This document shows positions 30,273 through 39,039 of a DNA stretch of 64,000 nucleotides, piece after piece. The notes under the pieces are model-generated. The model did not search any database. It was not told the DNA's origin and saw only the letters and a program-made list of their open reading frames with translations. The DNA is from a virus. Its lineage: Duplodnaviria > Caudoviricetes. The translations under genes were made by a program, and so were the position numbers. How positions within the stretch are numbered: position 1 is the first letter of the stretch; each line of letters begins with the position of its first letter. The DNA is taken from positions 1,331-65,330 of IMG/VR virus record IMGVR_UViG_3300018481_000021; one strand, given 5' to 3'.

Positions 30273-31367
30273 TTAGTACCTCGATTGACCACCACGGATA
30301 TTACCCGACGCAAGCGAACGCTTGATACGGGCTTCCATCTGAGTGATCTCGGCTTCTGTGAGTGATTTCGGATTCCGCACCTTACGGTCATAATACCGCC
30401 TGATGTCCGATGTACTCAGCGGAGCCTCGGGGGCGTCAGTCGTGATGATGGGGTCGGTACGCCCGCGCCCACCATTCGGAGAGGCTAGGTTGCCGATACG
30501 GGTCTGCCCGGTCGCAGTTTTCGACCGTGCGCGGGGTATCGGGGCCGTAGCTTCCTGTTCCGTGACAAAACCCTCAAAGATCATCTTGACCCTAGAGTAC
30601 TGCTCTTTATCCATGGCGTCTTTGAGGATGTTAAACCTCGCCACGCCAGAAAATGGGTCTACCTGCTTAAGCCAGTCCAAGAACAGGGGGTCATCGTCCT
30701 GTTCACGCCAACTTTGCAAGTTAGTATCAAGCCACGCGTGCAAGCGTGTAATTTTTTGTTCCTCAGAGCTTCGACCAAGAGTGTCAACGTGGGAAGTAAG
30801 GTTATCAACCTTGGGCTTGATCTCACTAAGCTGCGAGGCAACTGCCCTAGACGATACCTCCTCTGCCACCCTGGCAATCATGTCGAAGAACTGTGGACCA
30901 TAATCCTTCAATTCTTCAGGAGTAATATTACCATAGTCTGGACCCCCTGTCAAGGACTTTTTTTCGGGGGTTATTTCTGGTTTTTTTACAAGTTGCGCAG
31001 TAAGTTCTGTCAATTGCCTTTGTAAATTTTGAGTAACCCTAGCCTGTTCTTCCGCCTCGCTGCGTAGCCGACGAACTTCAGAATTATACCTACCTCGTAT
31101 AGTGTGCAACTGCTTGCGCAACTGCTCAGCGTCGTCGCCATCGTCATGCTGTTCCGCTTGCGGTTCCGCTTGCGGTTCCGGCTGCGGTTCCGGTTGCGGT
31201 TCCGGTTGCGGTTCCGGTTGCGGTTCCGGTTGCGGCTGCAGTTCTGGTTGCGGTTCCGGCTGTTGCTCGCCATTCATCATTGCTTTATACGCAGCCTGCC
31301 CGCGTTCAATCTTATCCCGAACTTCCTGCGGGATAAACACATGCTGATCTTCGCCGACCTCAGCCAT
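30273..31367 (-). CDS. capsid scaffolding protein
   Basis: Coiled coil, GRYNSEV motif, EPQP repeats; upstream of MCP. Confidence 0.75.
   Translation of the reverse strand: MAEVGEDQHVFIPQEVRDKIERGQAAYKAMMNGEQQPEPQPELQPQPEPQPEPQPEPQPEPQPEPQAEPQAEQHDDGDDAEQLRKQLHTIRGRYNSEVRRLRSEAEEQARVTQNLQRQLTELTAQLVKKPEITPEKKSLTGGPDYGNITPEELKDYGPQFFDMIARVAEEVSSRAVASQLSEIKPKVDNLTSHVDTLGRSSEEQKITRLHAWLDTNLQSWREQDDDPLFLDWLKQVDPFSGVARFNILKDAMDKEQYSRVKMIFEGFVTEQEATAPIPRARSKTATGQTRIGNLASPNGGRGRTDPIITTDAPEAPLSTSDIRRYYDRKVRNPKSLTEAEITQMEARIKRSLASGNIRGGQSRY
31150..31262 (-). repeat. 12-bp tandem repeat encoding (EPQP)n
   Basis: Repeated CAACCGGAACCG-type units. Confidence 0.85.
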
Positions 31368-31491
31368 CTTACTTACCTACCCACACCAGCAAAAGGATTA
31401 CGTCTAGGACAAAGCGGATTTTGACATGTCTGTTCAGATGTCGGAGGACAAATACAACCCATCGGTTTCGAAACTTCCTCAGCCATCTTTT

Positions 31492-31731
31492 CTACCTTCG
31501 CAACTGCTGCGTAGCCTTATCGCTTTCATCCAACAATTGTTGTAGGATGAAAGCACAACCCGCGTGCCAGTCTCTTTTTTCCGACCCAGGCCCGCATGCC
31601 ATACGATACATCGCCGGTAACACGTTCTGTCGCCAATGATTGAGTACAACTGAAAAAGCTTCCTCGCGTAACAACATGCGAATAGCTTGATCCAACCGTT
31701 CGTCAATGCCAAGCTCTAATAGCTTACTCAT
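31492..31731 (-). CDS. small hypothetical protein upstream of scaffold
   Basis: TAATG overlap with upstream gene; helical 79 aa. Confidence 0.55.
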   Translation of the reverse strand: MSKLLELGIDERLDQAIRMLLREEAFSVVLNHWRQNVLPAMYRMACGPGSEKRDWHAGCAFILQQLLDESDKATQQLRR

Positions 31732-32582
31732 TACCCACCGCTCACACAGGCAGCCGAGCCGGTATCGCCAGCAGATCCAGATATCGGCAGGAACTGCCAA
31801 GAGTAGCTGGCCGCACCCAGTTGCAGCCTAAGGACGCCATGCCTGGCGGCGCGCGATTGGCTGTTGGTGCCCACCCGAGTGGTCGCACGGAGTGTGGTGC
31901 CGCCGGTGCCGACGACAAACTGCCTGACCCCGCGCGTGTCGCTACGGCTCCCGCTGGGCGTCTGTGGCGCGAACCGCTCATAGTGGTGGTCGTGCCCGGC
32001 TAGCACCACGCTCACCCGGCCGTCGTAGAGCGCCTGAAACGCCCGCGCCGTGGCGCTGTTACCATTACCATGCGCGCCGCTAGACCATCTAGGATGATGC
32101 ATGTACGCCAATTTGCAGCGCTGTGGGCTCGCGGCTAAATCGGCCCTCAACCACGTCAATTGAGCGGAGCCAAAACACGCACCTCCAATGCTGCAGCCCG
32201 TGTTGAGGGCGTAAACCCTCCACTCGCCCACATTGTAGGCGTAGTAGCCTCGAGGGCCATTCGCGACTGCCCCGAAATAGCCGAAATAGCCGGCCGCGCC
32301 CGGGGTATTGTAGTCGTGATTGCCGGGCACCGGCTTGGTGCGAGGCTTTAACCCCGCATAGGGCTGATCGTAGCAGGTGTTGAACTGCGCCGCCGTGCCG
32401 TCGTTATAGGCCAAGTCTCCTAAAGCCAGAAATGTCCCGGCCTGAGACCGGATCAAGTTACCGACCTGGGTGTCAGTGGTGACAGAGCAGTTGCCGATAT
32501 CACCAGCAGCGAGCAAGGTCTGGCCATAAACCGGAGCGGATAGGACCATCATGGTGACGACAGCAGCGACAGTGCGACGCAT
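31731..32582 (-). CDS. secreted calcineurin-like metallophosphoesterase (acid/alkaline phosphatase type)
   Basis: Signal peptide; AAGDIG, LGDLAY, PGNHDY, YMHHP, LAGHDHHYER motifs. Confidence 0.88.
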   Translation of the reverse strand: MRRTVAAVVTMMVLSAPVYGQTLLAAGDIGNCSVTTDTQVGNLIRSQAGTFLALGDLAYNDGTAAQFNTCYDQPYAGLKPRTKPVPGNHDYNTPGAAGYFGYFGAVANGPRGYYAYNVGEWRVYALNTGCSIGGACFGSAQLTWLRADLAASPQRCKLAYMHHPRWSSGAHGNGNSATARAFQALYDGRVSVVLAGHDHHYERFAPQTPSGSRSDTRGVRQFVVGTGGTTLRATTRVGTNSQSRAARHGVLRLQLGAASYSWQFLPISGSAGDTGSAACVSGG

Positions 32583-32583
32583 G

Positions 32584-33261
32584 TTACTGGACGCCACCAA
32601 CAATACTGATGCGGTTCGACGTGGGCTCGCCAGCAACCGAAGCACTTAACTCACCGCGGCCGTCGAAAACCTTAGTCTCGATCTCCGTCAGATCACCATC
32701 CTCGAAATGACTGATCTGAAGCGTGACTTGTGTAGCCGTTAGGGCAGTGACCTTCGCCACTTCACGCAGGCTGCCACCATCAATGGACTCGATAGTCCAC
32801 GTCTGACCGACAGTCGGGTTAGCTACCATGTAGGTCCCGGCGCGCTCGCCCTGGAAGCCATGCACGAAAGAGCCTTCATCTGAGAGATCGTTCAGATTGG
32901 GGGAGGAGCTATACTCGAACGCGGTGGTTATCTCACCGCCGTAGCACACGTCTCCCGACTTGTTCTCGGCGTAGAGGTCGATGGTGCTCTCGCCAAGCAA
33001 GCCCGTTGAAATCTCGCCGCCGATGTCGCTGATGGCCCGCCACCAGATGCCCCCAGCGCGCACGTAATGCGGCAGCACCGAAACGATGCTCTGCTCGCTA
33101 CCGTCGCTGTAAACAGCGACCTGCCCGGAGGGGAATTTGGCAAACTTGGTGTCGATCACCGCCCTGGGGGTGAAGTTTCCGGGGTCGGTGCATGACCCAG
33201 CATACGCAGTTGTGGATGAAACAAAAATTACGCTCAAAACAGTAACCCATAACCTAGTCAT
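32584..33261 (-). CDS. secreted hypothetical protein
   Basis: Signal peptide (…TAYA|G); DLYAENKSGDVCYGGE motif. Confidence 0.65.
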   Translation of the reverse strand: MTRLWVTVLSVIFVSSTTAYAGSCTDPGNFTPRAVIDTKFAKFPSGQVAVYSDGSEQSIVSVLPHYVRAGGIWWRAISDIGGEISTGLLGESTIDLYAENKSGDVCYGGEITTAFEYSSSPNLNDLSDEGSFVHGFQGERAGTYMVANPTVGQTWTIESIDGGSLREVAKVTALTATQVTLQISHFEDGDLTEIETKVFDGRGELSASVAGEPTSNRISIVGGVQ

Positions 33262-35330
33262 GCTGCTTGCCTCGCTGTTCGTGCTATAGCCCCTTTAGAC
33301 CGTGTACGCATTGCGTTGTCAGAACCTTGCGCCGTTTGATTACGTTCATCCTTTTGCTCACGCGGAGCTGGTTGGTTAGGCTGTCCTTGCGGCTGCGCCG
33401 CACCTGCCGCTTGCTGCATCTGCGCAGCTTGTTTCTGCGCCTCTTCCATTTGCATCATAGTATCTTCGGACGGAACTACCGTCTGATTACCTTTCAAGAA
33501 TGCCTCACTAACCGAACGCAGCAAAGTCGCACGACCATTCATGCCGAGTATCTGCATATCAAACGGATTAGCAGTCGCTTGCAGAAATTCAATCATTCGC
33601 ATCCGATCCGTTTCTCTTTCCTCCGCGTAAGTTGCGCCGCGCGCCACAATACTTTCATCACCGCGCAATACATCTGTACCAGTGGTAAGTAAAACCAAAT
33701 CATAAGTTTTTCGTAGAATCGGCTCAATAACATTCTGATCGATACCTCCAGCCACGCTAGTCATTGTCCGATTAGCATTACTCATCAACTGCGACAAACC
33801 AGATGCCGTACGACCGGCCCCGCCCAATTTATCCGAACCAGTAAGATAACGCGGAATACCCGAAATTTCATCAGCCATATTCTGCAAATACGAAAGAACC
33901 CCCATCAACTCCTGTGCATTGATTTGAGGCTGATAAAACTCAATAGGTTTCTCACCGGCTGGAGCCGATGGATCACTATCAAACTCCCAAATCTGCCAAG
34001 GCGTAATATGAACAGTTTGGTCATTTGGGGCTTGCCATCGATCACGATTAATTCCCACTTGGGGTCCGCTGGAAATACCCACGTTATTGACCAGGGCGCG
34101 TAACGTAGCGTTGTAGGTTTCTTGAACGTCACCAATCAACTCCGGTAGAGCCGTACCGGGAATGCTGCCGCTGACAGGTTCATAAGCAGCCGAATAGTAC
34201 GGCGGGCGATTACTCGGATCGGGGTCAACTTGGACTTTAAGCGTGTACTCACCGCATATCCAGGCTTGCACCTGATAATCGTAATCACGTCGTAAGGTCT
34301 CGCCTTCCGGTACTGGAATACCAAAATCTTGTAATTGCCATCCAGGCATAGTTCCAGTGTAAAGCAAAACCTCAATCATCATCTGGTAAAACCGACTGCC
34401 CTGGTTCTGAGCGTCTTCGTGAATTTGTTCAAAGAACTGCCAATACGAATAACCGCTCTCACCATAATCGCGCAATACGCTACGAATGGCTTGCTCGTCA
34501 AACCCATCCAACCCAATCAAAGCGTTGACGTCTGCTCGCGTCATCCGCATGCGCTCAATAATCTCTGCATTAGCAAAATCCATCGCGCCTGGACCCCACA
34601 TAATATCGTAAGGATCGACGCGACGAAACATCAATACCGGCTTGCGTGTACGCGTTGGTTTACCTTCAACATAATCAACCATTGTTTTCATAACAGCAGT
34701 TGGACCAGCCATCACAGCAAAAGGATAAGTACAAAAATCAAGAATGAACGCATTCAATGATTCGTAGAAATTACCTTCAACCAAAATATCATCGATGTAA
34801 CGGGCACTCTCTATGGCTTCCATACGAGCTTGCTTGCGAGCAGCTTCGCCCGCAGCGCGAGTAAGCTGTTCAATCCGCCCACGAAGTTGCTCTGGCTGAA
34901 TCGGTTGACCAGACTGTTGCAATGTTTGAGCTTCAACCGTAACCAACTGCTCAACGTTTTGCGCAATATCCTCTGGCAGAGAAGGAACTGGGGTAGCATC
35001 GATATCCCATGGCCGCTCGCCTTGAATAAAAATAGATCGCAACATCGCGGCCCCACCGCGTATTTTGTTAGTAGTCAATCGAGCAAATACACTCGATCCG
35101 CCAAACTCAGCAATCATGCGCAATTGCAACTCGTCGTACTGACCTTCACGCAACCGCAAACAATTATTCAAACGCTCGGTCAAATGAATATGTTTCCGAA
35201 ATCGCTCCATCTGCTCAAGAACACGTTGAACTTCCCAACGCAGCATGTGCGCAGGTTCAGTAGGCTGACCACCGATATCAGCACCTTCCTGAAAATCTGT
35301 TATAGTCTTAAGCATAGCATCATCCAACAT
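33258..35330 (-). CDS. portal protein
   Basis: 690 aa; ADEISGIPRY, GAGRTASGLSQLM motifs; Gln-rich tail; upstream of scaffold/capsid. Confidence 0.9.
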   Translation of the reverse strand: MLDDAMLKTITDFQEGADIGGQPTEPAHMLRWEVQRVLEQMERFRKHIHLTERLNNCLRLREGQYDELQLRMIAEFGGSSVFARLTTNKIRGGAAMLRSIFIQGERPWDIDATPVPSLPEDIAQNVEQLVTVEAQTLQQSGQPIQPEQLRGRIEQLTRAAGEAARKQARMEAIESARYIDDILVEGNFYESLNAFILDFCTYPFAVMAGPTAVMKTMVDYVEGKPTRTRKPVLMFRRVDPYDIMWGPGAMDFANAEIIERMRMTRADVNALIGLDGFDEQAIRSVLRDYGESGYSYWQFFEQIHEDAQNQGSRFYQMMIEVLLYTGTMPGWQLQDFGIPVPEGETLRRDYDYQVQAWICGEYTLKVQVDPDPSNRPPYYSAAYEPVSGSIPGTALPELIGDVQETYNATLRALVNNVGISSGPQVGINRDRWQAPNDQTVHITPWQIWEFDSDPSAPAGEKPIEFYQPQINAQELMGVLSYLQNMADEISGIPRYLTGSDKLGGAGRTASGLSQLMSNANRTMTSVAGGIDQNVIEPILRKTYDLVLLTTGTDVLRGDESIVARGATYAEERETDRMRMIEFLQATANPFDMQILGMNGRATLLRSVSEAFLKGNQTVVPSEDTMMQMEEAQKQAAQMQQAAGAAQPQGQPNQPAPREQKDERNQTAQGSDNAMRTRSKGAIARTARQAA

Positions 35331-35520
35331 CTATTGTTGGACGGCTAGAAAGCTGCGCTCTAACCGCGCAATCCTTAGCCTCCAAGAGCTTCCGTAACGC
35401 AACCGTGCGTTCTGGATTACGCGGCAGCACATCCACAATCCACTGCGCCATTTCGGCGAATGGTTTTGAAAATTCCTGCAAGTGGGCAGGAAGATGCGTA
35501 TAACCGAAAAAGATCAACAT
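35320..35520 (-). CDS. small helical-hairpin protein, Acb2/Tad1-like candidate
   Basis: FFGYTHLPAHLQEFSKPF...LPRNPERTVALRKLLEAKDCAVRA; ATG 4 nt after upstream stop. Confidence 0.6.
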   Translation of the reverse strand: MLIFFGYTHLPAHLQEFSKPFAEMAQWIVDVLPRNPERTVALRKLLEAKDCAVRAQLSSRPTIDVG

Positions 35521-35524
35521 CGGC

Positions 35525-35890
35525 TCACGACTTTCTTTTACCGGCTCGATACTGCTGTCGGGCAAGTTGCTGGCCTCCGTTTTTCCCGGCGGGTTTACCA
35601 ACTCGGGCAACACTTCGCTGGCCGAGGGCGCTGTTGATTTTACCGATATCTGGTTGCCCGGTTCTGGCCCTACTTTGTGTAGCGGCTTGCTTGGGTTTTG
35701 CATTTACGGGTCCTGTCTTTCTACTCTTAATATCTTTCAACGCAGCGCCATAAGCCGCATCCTCTGCGGCTTGTTTTTTCTGTGCTTCAGCTACGTTGGC
35801 ACCCAGTCCGGCCTTCGCCCCAAGACGCAACGCCGCTGTCCCCAAGGACAATGGATTAAGTTGACCAACAGGCGTTTTGTAGTTAGCCAT
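35525..35890 (-). CDS. basic Lys/Arg/Ala-rich protein
   Basis: GGAGG RBS; low complexity, basic. Confidence 0.6.
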   Translation of the reverse strand: MANYKTPVGQLNPLSLGTAALRLGAKAGLGANVAEAQKKQAAEDAAYGAALKDIKSRKTGPVNAKPKQAATQSRARTGQPDIGKINSALGQRSVARVGKPAGKNGGQQLARQQYRAGKRKS

Positions 35891-35893
35891 AGG

Positions 35894-36568
35894 TCACTTC
35901 CTCCGATCGCGCTGCAACTCGGCGGTAGTCTTGTTTCGACCAGTGCGCGGTGTGTAACCACGACCCGCATAATGTTCATGGGTTGGCGTTGACGTTTTAA
36001 CTGGATTGGCGCGGTTAGCGCGCCCTTCGTCACCAATTTTTGTTTGACGACGCGCACGCGCTTCCGCTTGAAGCTGGGCAGCAGGAAGTTCTACTACTGG
36101 TTTTGACCGAGCTTTCGCCGCCGATTTAGTTGCTGATTTAGCGGGGGCCGCGTTCATTTTAGCGGGTGGCGGCAACTCAGCCACATTAATTTTTGGAGTA
36201 GCATCTTTACGTGGGAGACTAGACTGTGATTTTGGCATTGTAGATTCAGATGCAGCCGCAACTTTCGGTCCCGATGTAGACATAGCCGTAACGGGTCGTG
36301 CTGCGGCTGCCTTAGCAGCCATTGACGACCCGCGCCGTTGGATCGATCCGCGTGTCGTCGGTGCAGCCAAATCAGGCTTAGCTTCGGCTACAACATCAAG
36401 GGGTCGAGCTACAGCAGCCTTAGCAGCCATTTCTGACCCGCGCCGTTGGATCGATCCGCGTGTACTTACTTTGTTATCTCTCTGCTTTTTTTTCTTAGCT
36501 AGGTAAGATTTTCCAGCCGCGCGAAATCTTGACTGTCCAGGTTGCGGATGGTACAACTCTACTGCCAT
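35894..36568 (-). CDS. basic histone-like Ala/Lys/Arg-rich protein with internal duplication
   Basis: TRGSIQRRGS.MAAKA twice (47-bp DNA repeat at 36309-36355 and 36417-36463). Confidence 0.6.
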   Translation of the reverse strand: MAVELYHPQPGQSRFRAAGKSYLAKKKKQRDNKVSTRGSIQRRGSEMAAKAAVARPLDVVAEAKPDLAAPTTRGSIQRRGSSMAAKAAAARPVTAMSTSGPKVAAASESTMPKSQSSLPRKDATPKINVAELPPPAKMNAAPAKSATKSAAKARSKPVVELPAAQLQAEARARRQTKIGDEGRANRANPVKTSTPTHEHYAGRGYTPRTGRNKTTAELQRDRRK

Positions 36569-36619
36569 TGAAGGTACTCCAGCTCAGGATGTACAGTGTA
36601 ACACAGTCAATACCCACCG

Positions 36620-36865
36620 TCAAGAACTATTTTCGTAGCCATCCAACAACGATTGTTGGATGGAAGCAAGTTCAGCAGTTATGCCAGAACTCACAACGAG
36701 CTTCCATAGCAAGACCAGTAATACAATCACTATAACCGCAATCACGCCAATCCTTACGATGTTAGCCATTTCAGGATCAGGTATTTTACCGACAAACATC
36801 AGCACCAGCAAACCGCCAACAGCGATTGCAACCATTATTAGAATGGTGGACAAGATAGGTTCCAT
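36620..36865 (-). CDS. putative holin (two TM helices)
   Basis: Two hydrophobic segments; adjacent to endolysin. Confidence 0.6.
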   Translation of the reverse strand: MEPILSTILIMVAIAVGGLLVLMFVGKIPDPEMANIVRIGVIAVIVIVLLVLLWKLVVSSGITAELASIQQSLLDGYENSS

Positions 36866-36876
36866 CTGCTACACTC

Positions 36877-37275
36877 CTACGCTGTTTCTACTGGATAGTT
36901 GTACCAAGCTAGTTCCCAATGAGGACCATCTTTGAACGAAGTCCAATCTCCACCCCAAGTAACGTTGATATCTAGTGCTGCCGCCATTGCTTTGATATGC
37001 GGTTCCAAAGCATAGTAGTAATCCCAATTCCAACTCACCTCATTAGTACTCGGATCAAGCGGAGCCAAATCAACCGCATGTCCAGTCAAATGACGCGAGT
37101 TCATTGTCTGCGATGCACCAGAAGCAACATACTCCGCTTGCTTCTCTTCAGTACGCACTCCCTCCAACACCATAAAATTTATTGGTGGCGACACCGCGCA
37201 AGCACGCACCAAATGCATCAAATCAGGATGCACTCCCTCAAGTCGCTCCATGTCACGCTCAGTAAGCTGCATCAC
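36877..37275 (-). CDS. endolysin, M15 (L-Ala-D-Glu) peptidase
   Basis: EGVRT, SRHLTGHAVD, WGGDW..FKDGPHWEL. Confidence 0.9.
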   Translation of the reverse strand: MMQLTERDMERLEGVHPDLMHLVRACAVSPPINFMVLEGVRTEEKQAEYVASGASQTMNSRHLTGHAVDLAPLDPSTNEVSWNWDYYYALEPHIKAMAAALDINVTWGGDWTSFKDGPHWELAWYNYPVETA

Positions 37276-37277
37276 TG

Positions 37278-37658
37278 CTACTCCAACACGTCCATGACAT
37301 ATCGTGCGAGCCCTTCCATAGTACCATTGACAAAAATCCGTCTACCGGTCAGTCCATGCAGAGCCACGCATGGATCAGGTGACGTTGGAGGATTACCGAT
37401 AGCAATAACAAACTCGGGTTTAATATAAGCCCATTCAGTAAAACGATGATCTAATTTTCCAGTCACGCTGCATACTCGAACCAATACCCAACCCTGCACT
37501 TCTGGCGGCTTGGGTATTGGCTTGCGGTCCGAAAAATCAAAGTCCGGCTCATTAGCACTCTCTACTGGCCATACCTGTGTCAATACTAAACTTGCAAAAG
37601 CAAGCCCAAAACACAACAACAGTCTTATCCACACCGCATTATCCACCCACACCAACAT
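37278..37658 (-). CDS. membrane-anchored hypothetical protein in lysis region
   Basis: N-terminal TM/signal segment. Confidence 0.5.
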   Translation of the reverse strand: MLVWVDNAVWIRLLLCFGLAFASLVLTQVWPVESANEPDFDFSDRKPIPKPPEVQGWVLVRVCSVTGKLDHRFTEWAYIKPEFVIAIGNPPTSPDPCVALHGLTGRRIFVNGTMEGLARYVMDVLE

Positions 37659-39006
37659 CGGCAGGCGTCAACAATTTACGCGGCAAATAAGAAACACCTT
37701 GCTTTGCCTTGTCGTGATAAATATATGTAGCGACATCTACGTTACCCGGCACCAACTTAATATTACCATCGTGCTTCCAAATCGTAACGTGATCAACTTT
37801 GCCACCTTGACCGTTATCCAAGTTGTGTTTGCTACTGACGAACCCAACATTGAGTGGTCCCTCGTTCATATCAAATTCTGCATAATCAGCCGCCTGATAA
37901 AAAGGACCTCCACCATTGTGGCTCGCACCTGCGTAGGCATCACAACTTTCCCAACTATTATTATAAAGTTTATGCCCAGCCCCATTCAGTACTAATTTGG
38001 CACCCTTAAAAATATTGGATTCAATGCGAGCCTTACCACCATGACGGATACCCCCATTGTGCTTACATCCAAGCAAACTACATTGAGATATGATAAGACC
38101 ACGCTTACAATAGACACCGCGCACCCGATTATTGTCAGCGCGAATGAGGCAGTGGGTAATTTCCACATCCTCCATGCATACAACATCATTGCCTTTAGGT
38201 TTACTATCGCCGAAATAAATTACGTGATCTTCCATAGCCCCACCGGGTCGTGAGCCATTATCATTAAAATCGCAATAGTAGATATAAATCCGTTGCGGGC
38301 CATCGCTCGGCCTTGGATAGTCGTTACCATCTGGCATTTTGAACACGATGTTACTAACAGAATTAGTGCCTGGATTCTTACCGTTGAACGTACACCAACC
38401 AATTTTGATATCCGCACGTCTCTTCTGATGACTACTGATACCCTGCGGAGACTGTATCTCCATTCTGGTTAACCAAACAAAATCAGCGTCGAGCACGATT
38501 GCAGCCGAACCAGTATCATTTACTCTGAAAGTTTCTTTGAAACCGTGCAACCAATGACCCTTGCCGGTAATACGTACACGTTGATCAAGAAAAGCACCGA
38601 GCAAATCACGACTACGAATAATCACTGGTCTCGTAGGGTCCATATTACGAGCCAGCGCCAATGACCCGCATTCAACCCCAGCCTTGACACTAATAGTGGT
38701 TCCAGGAGGCGCATCTTGATACGCCGCCATTACCGTAGGATAATTCTCAGGGACCATTCGCGTATTCTGCGGTGTAGCTGCAGGTGGGTTTTTTGGCCGC
38801 TTGTCATCCTCTTCAGGCGGCTTAACGACAGGCGGTACAACAGGAGGCTCAACAGGAGGCTCAACAGGAGGCTCAACAGGAGGCTCAACAGGAGGCTCAA
38901 CAGGAGGCTCAACAGGTACAGCAGCGTTCAACTCAGCCTGTAACACGTTGACCTCGGATAGCTTCCCATCCAACTCGGTCCAGATTTCAGCCGGTGTACG
39001 CGTCAT
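37639..39006 (-). CDS. right-handed beta-helix protein (polysaccharide lyase/chondroitinase-B-like)
   Basis: PGTTISVKAG, PVIIRS, beta-helix Asn ladders; (PVEP)n linker. Confidence 0.65.
   Translation of the reverse strand: MTRTPAEIWTELDGKLSEVNVLQAELNAAVPVEPPVEPPVEPPVEPPVEPPVEPPVVPPVVKPPEEDDKRPKNPPAATPQNTRMVPENYPTVMAAYQDAPPGTTISVKAGVECGSLALARNMDPTRPVIIRSRDLLGAFLDQRVRITGKGHWLHGFKETFRVNDTGSAAIVLDADFVWLTRMEIQSPQGISSHQKRRADIKIGWCTFNGKNPGTNSVSNIVFKMPDGNDYPRPSDGPQRIYIYYCDFNDNGSRPGGAMEDHVIYFGDSKPKGNDVVCMEDVEITHCLIRADNNRVRGVYCKRGLIISQCSLLGCKHNGGIRHGGKARIESNIFKGAKLVLNGAGHKLYNNSWESCDAYAGASHNGGGPFYQAADYAEFDMNEGPLNVGFVSSKHNLDNGQGGKVDHVTIWKHDGNIKLVPGNVDVATYIYHDKAKQGVSYLPRKLLTPADVGVGG
38838..38916 (-). repeat. 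12-bp tandem repeat (CAACAGGAGGCT)x6 encoding PVEP
   Basis: Direct observation. Confidence 0.9.
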
Positions 39007-39039
39007 AGCTTACTCCTTCATCCAACAACGATTGTTGGA

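Noticed and set aside
35521-35703. N-terminal extension of the 127-aa ORF 35320-35703
   Set aside because: It overlaps ORF 35525-35890 on the same strand; the ATG at 35520 fits better.
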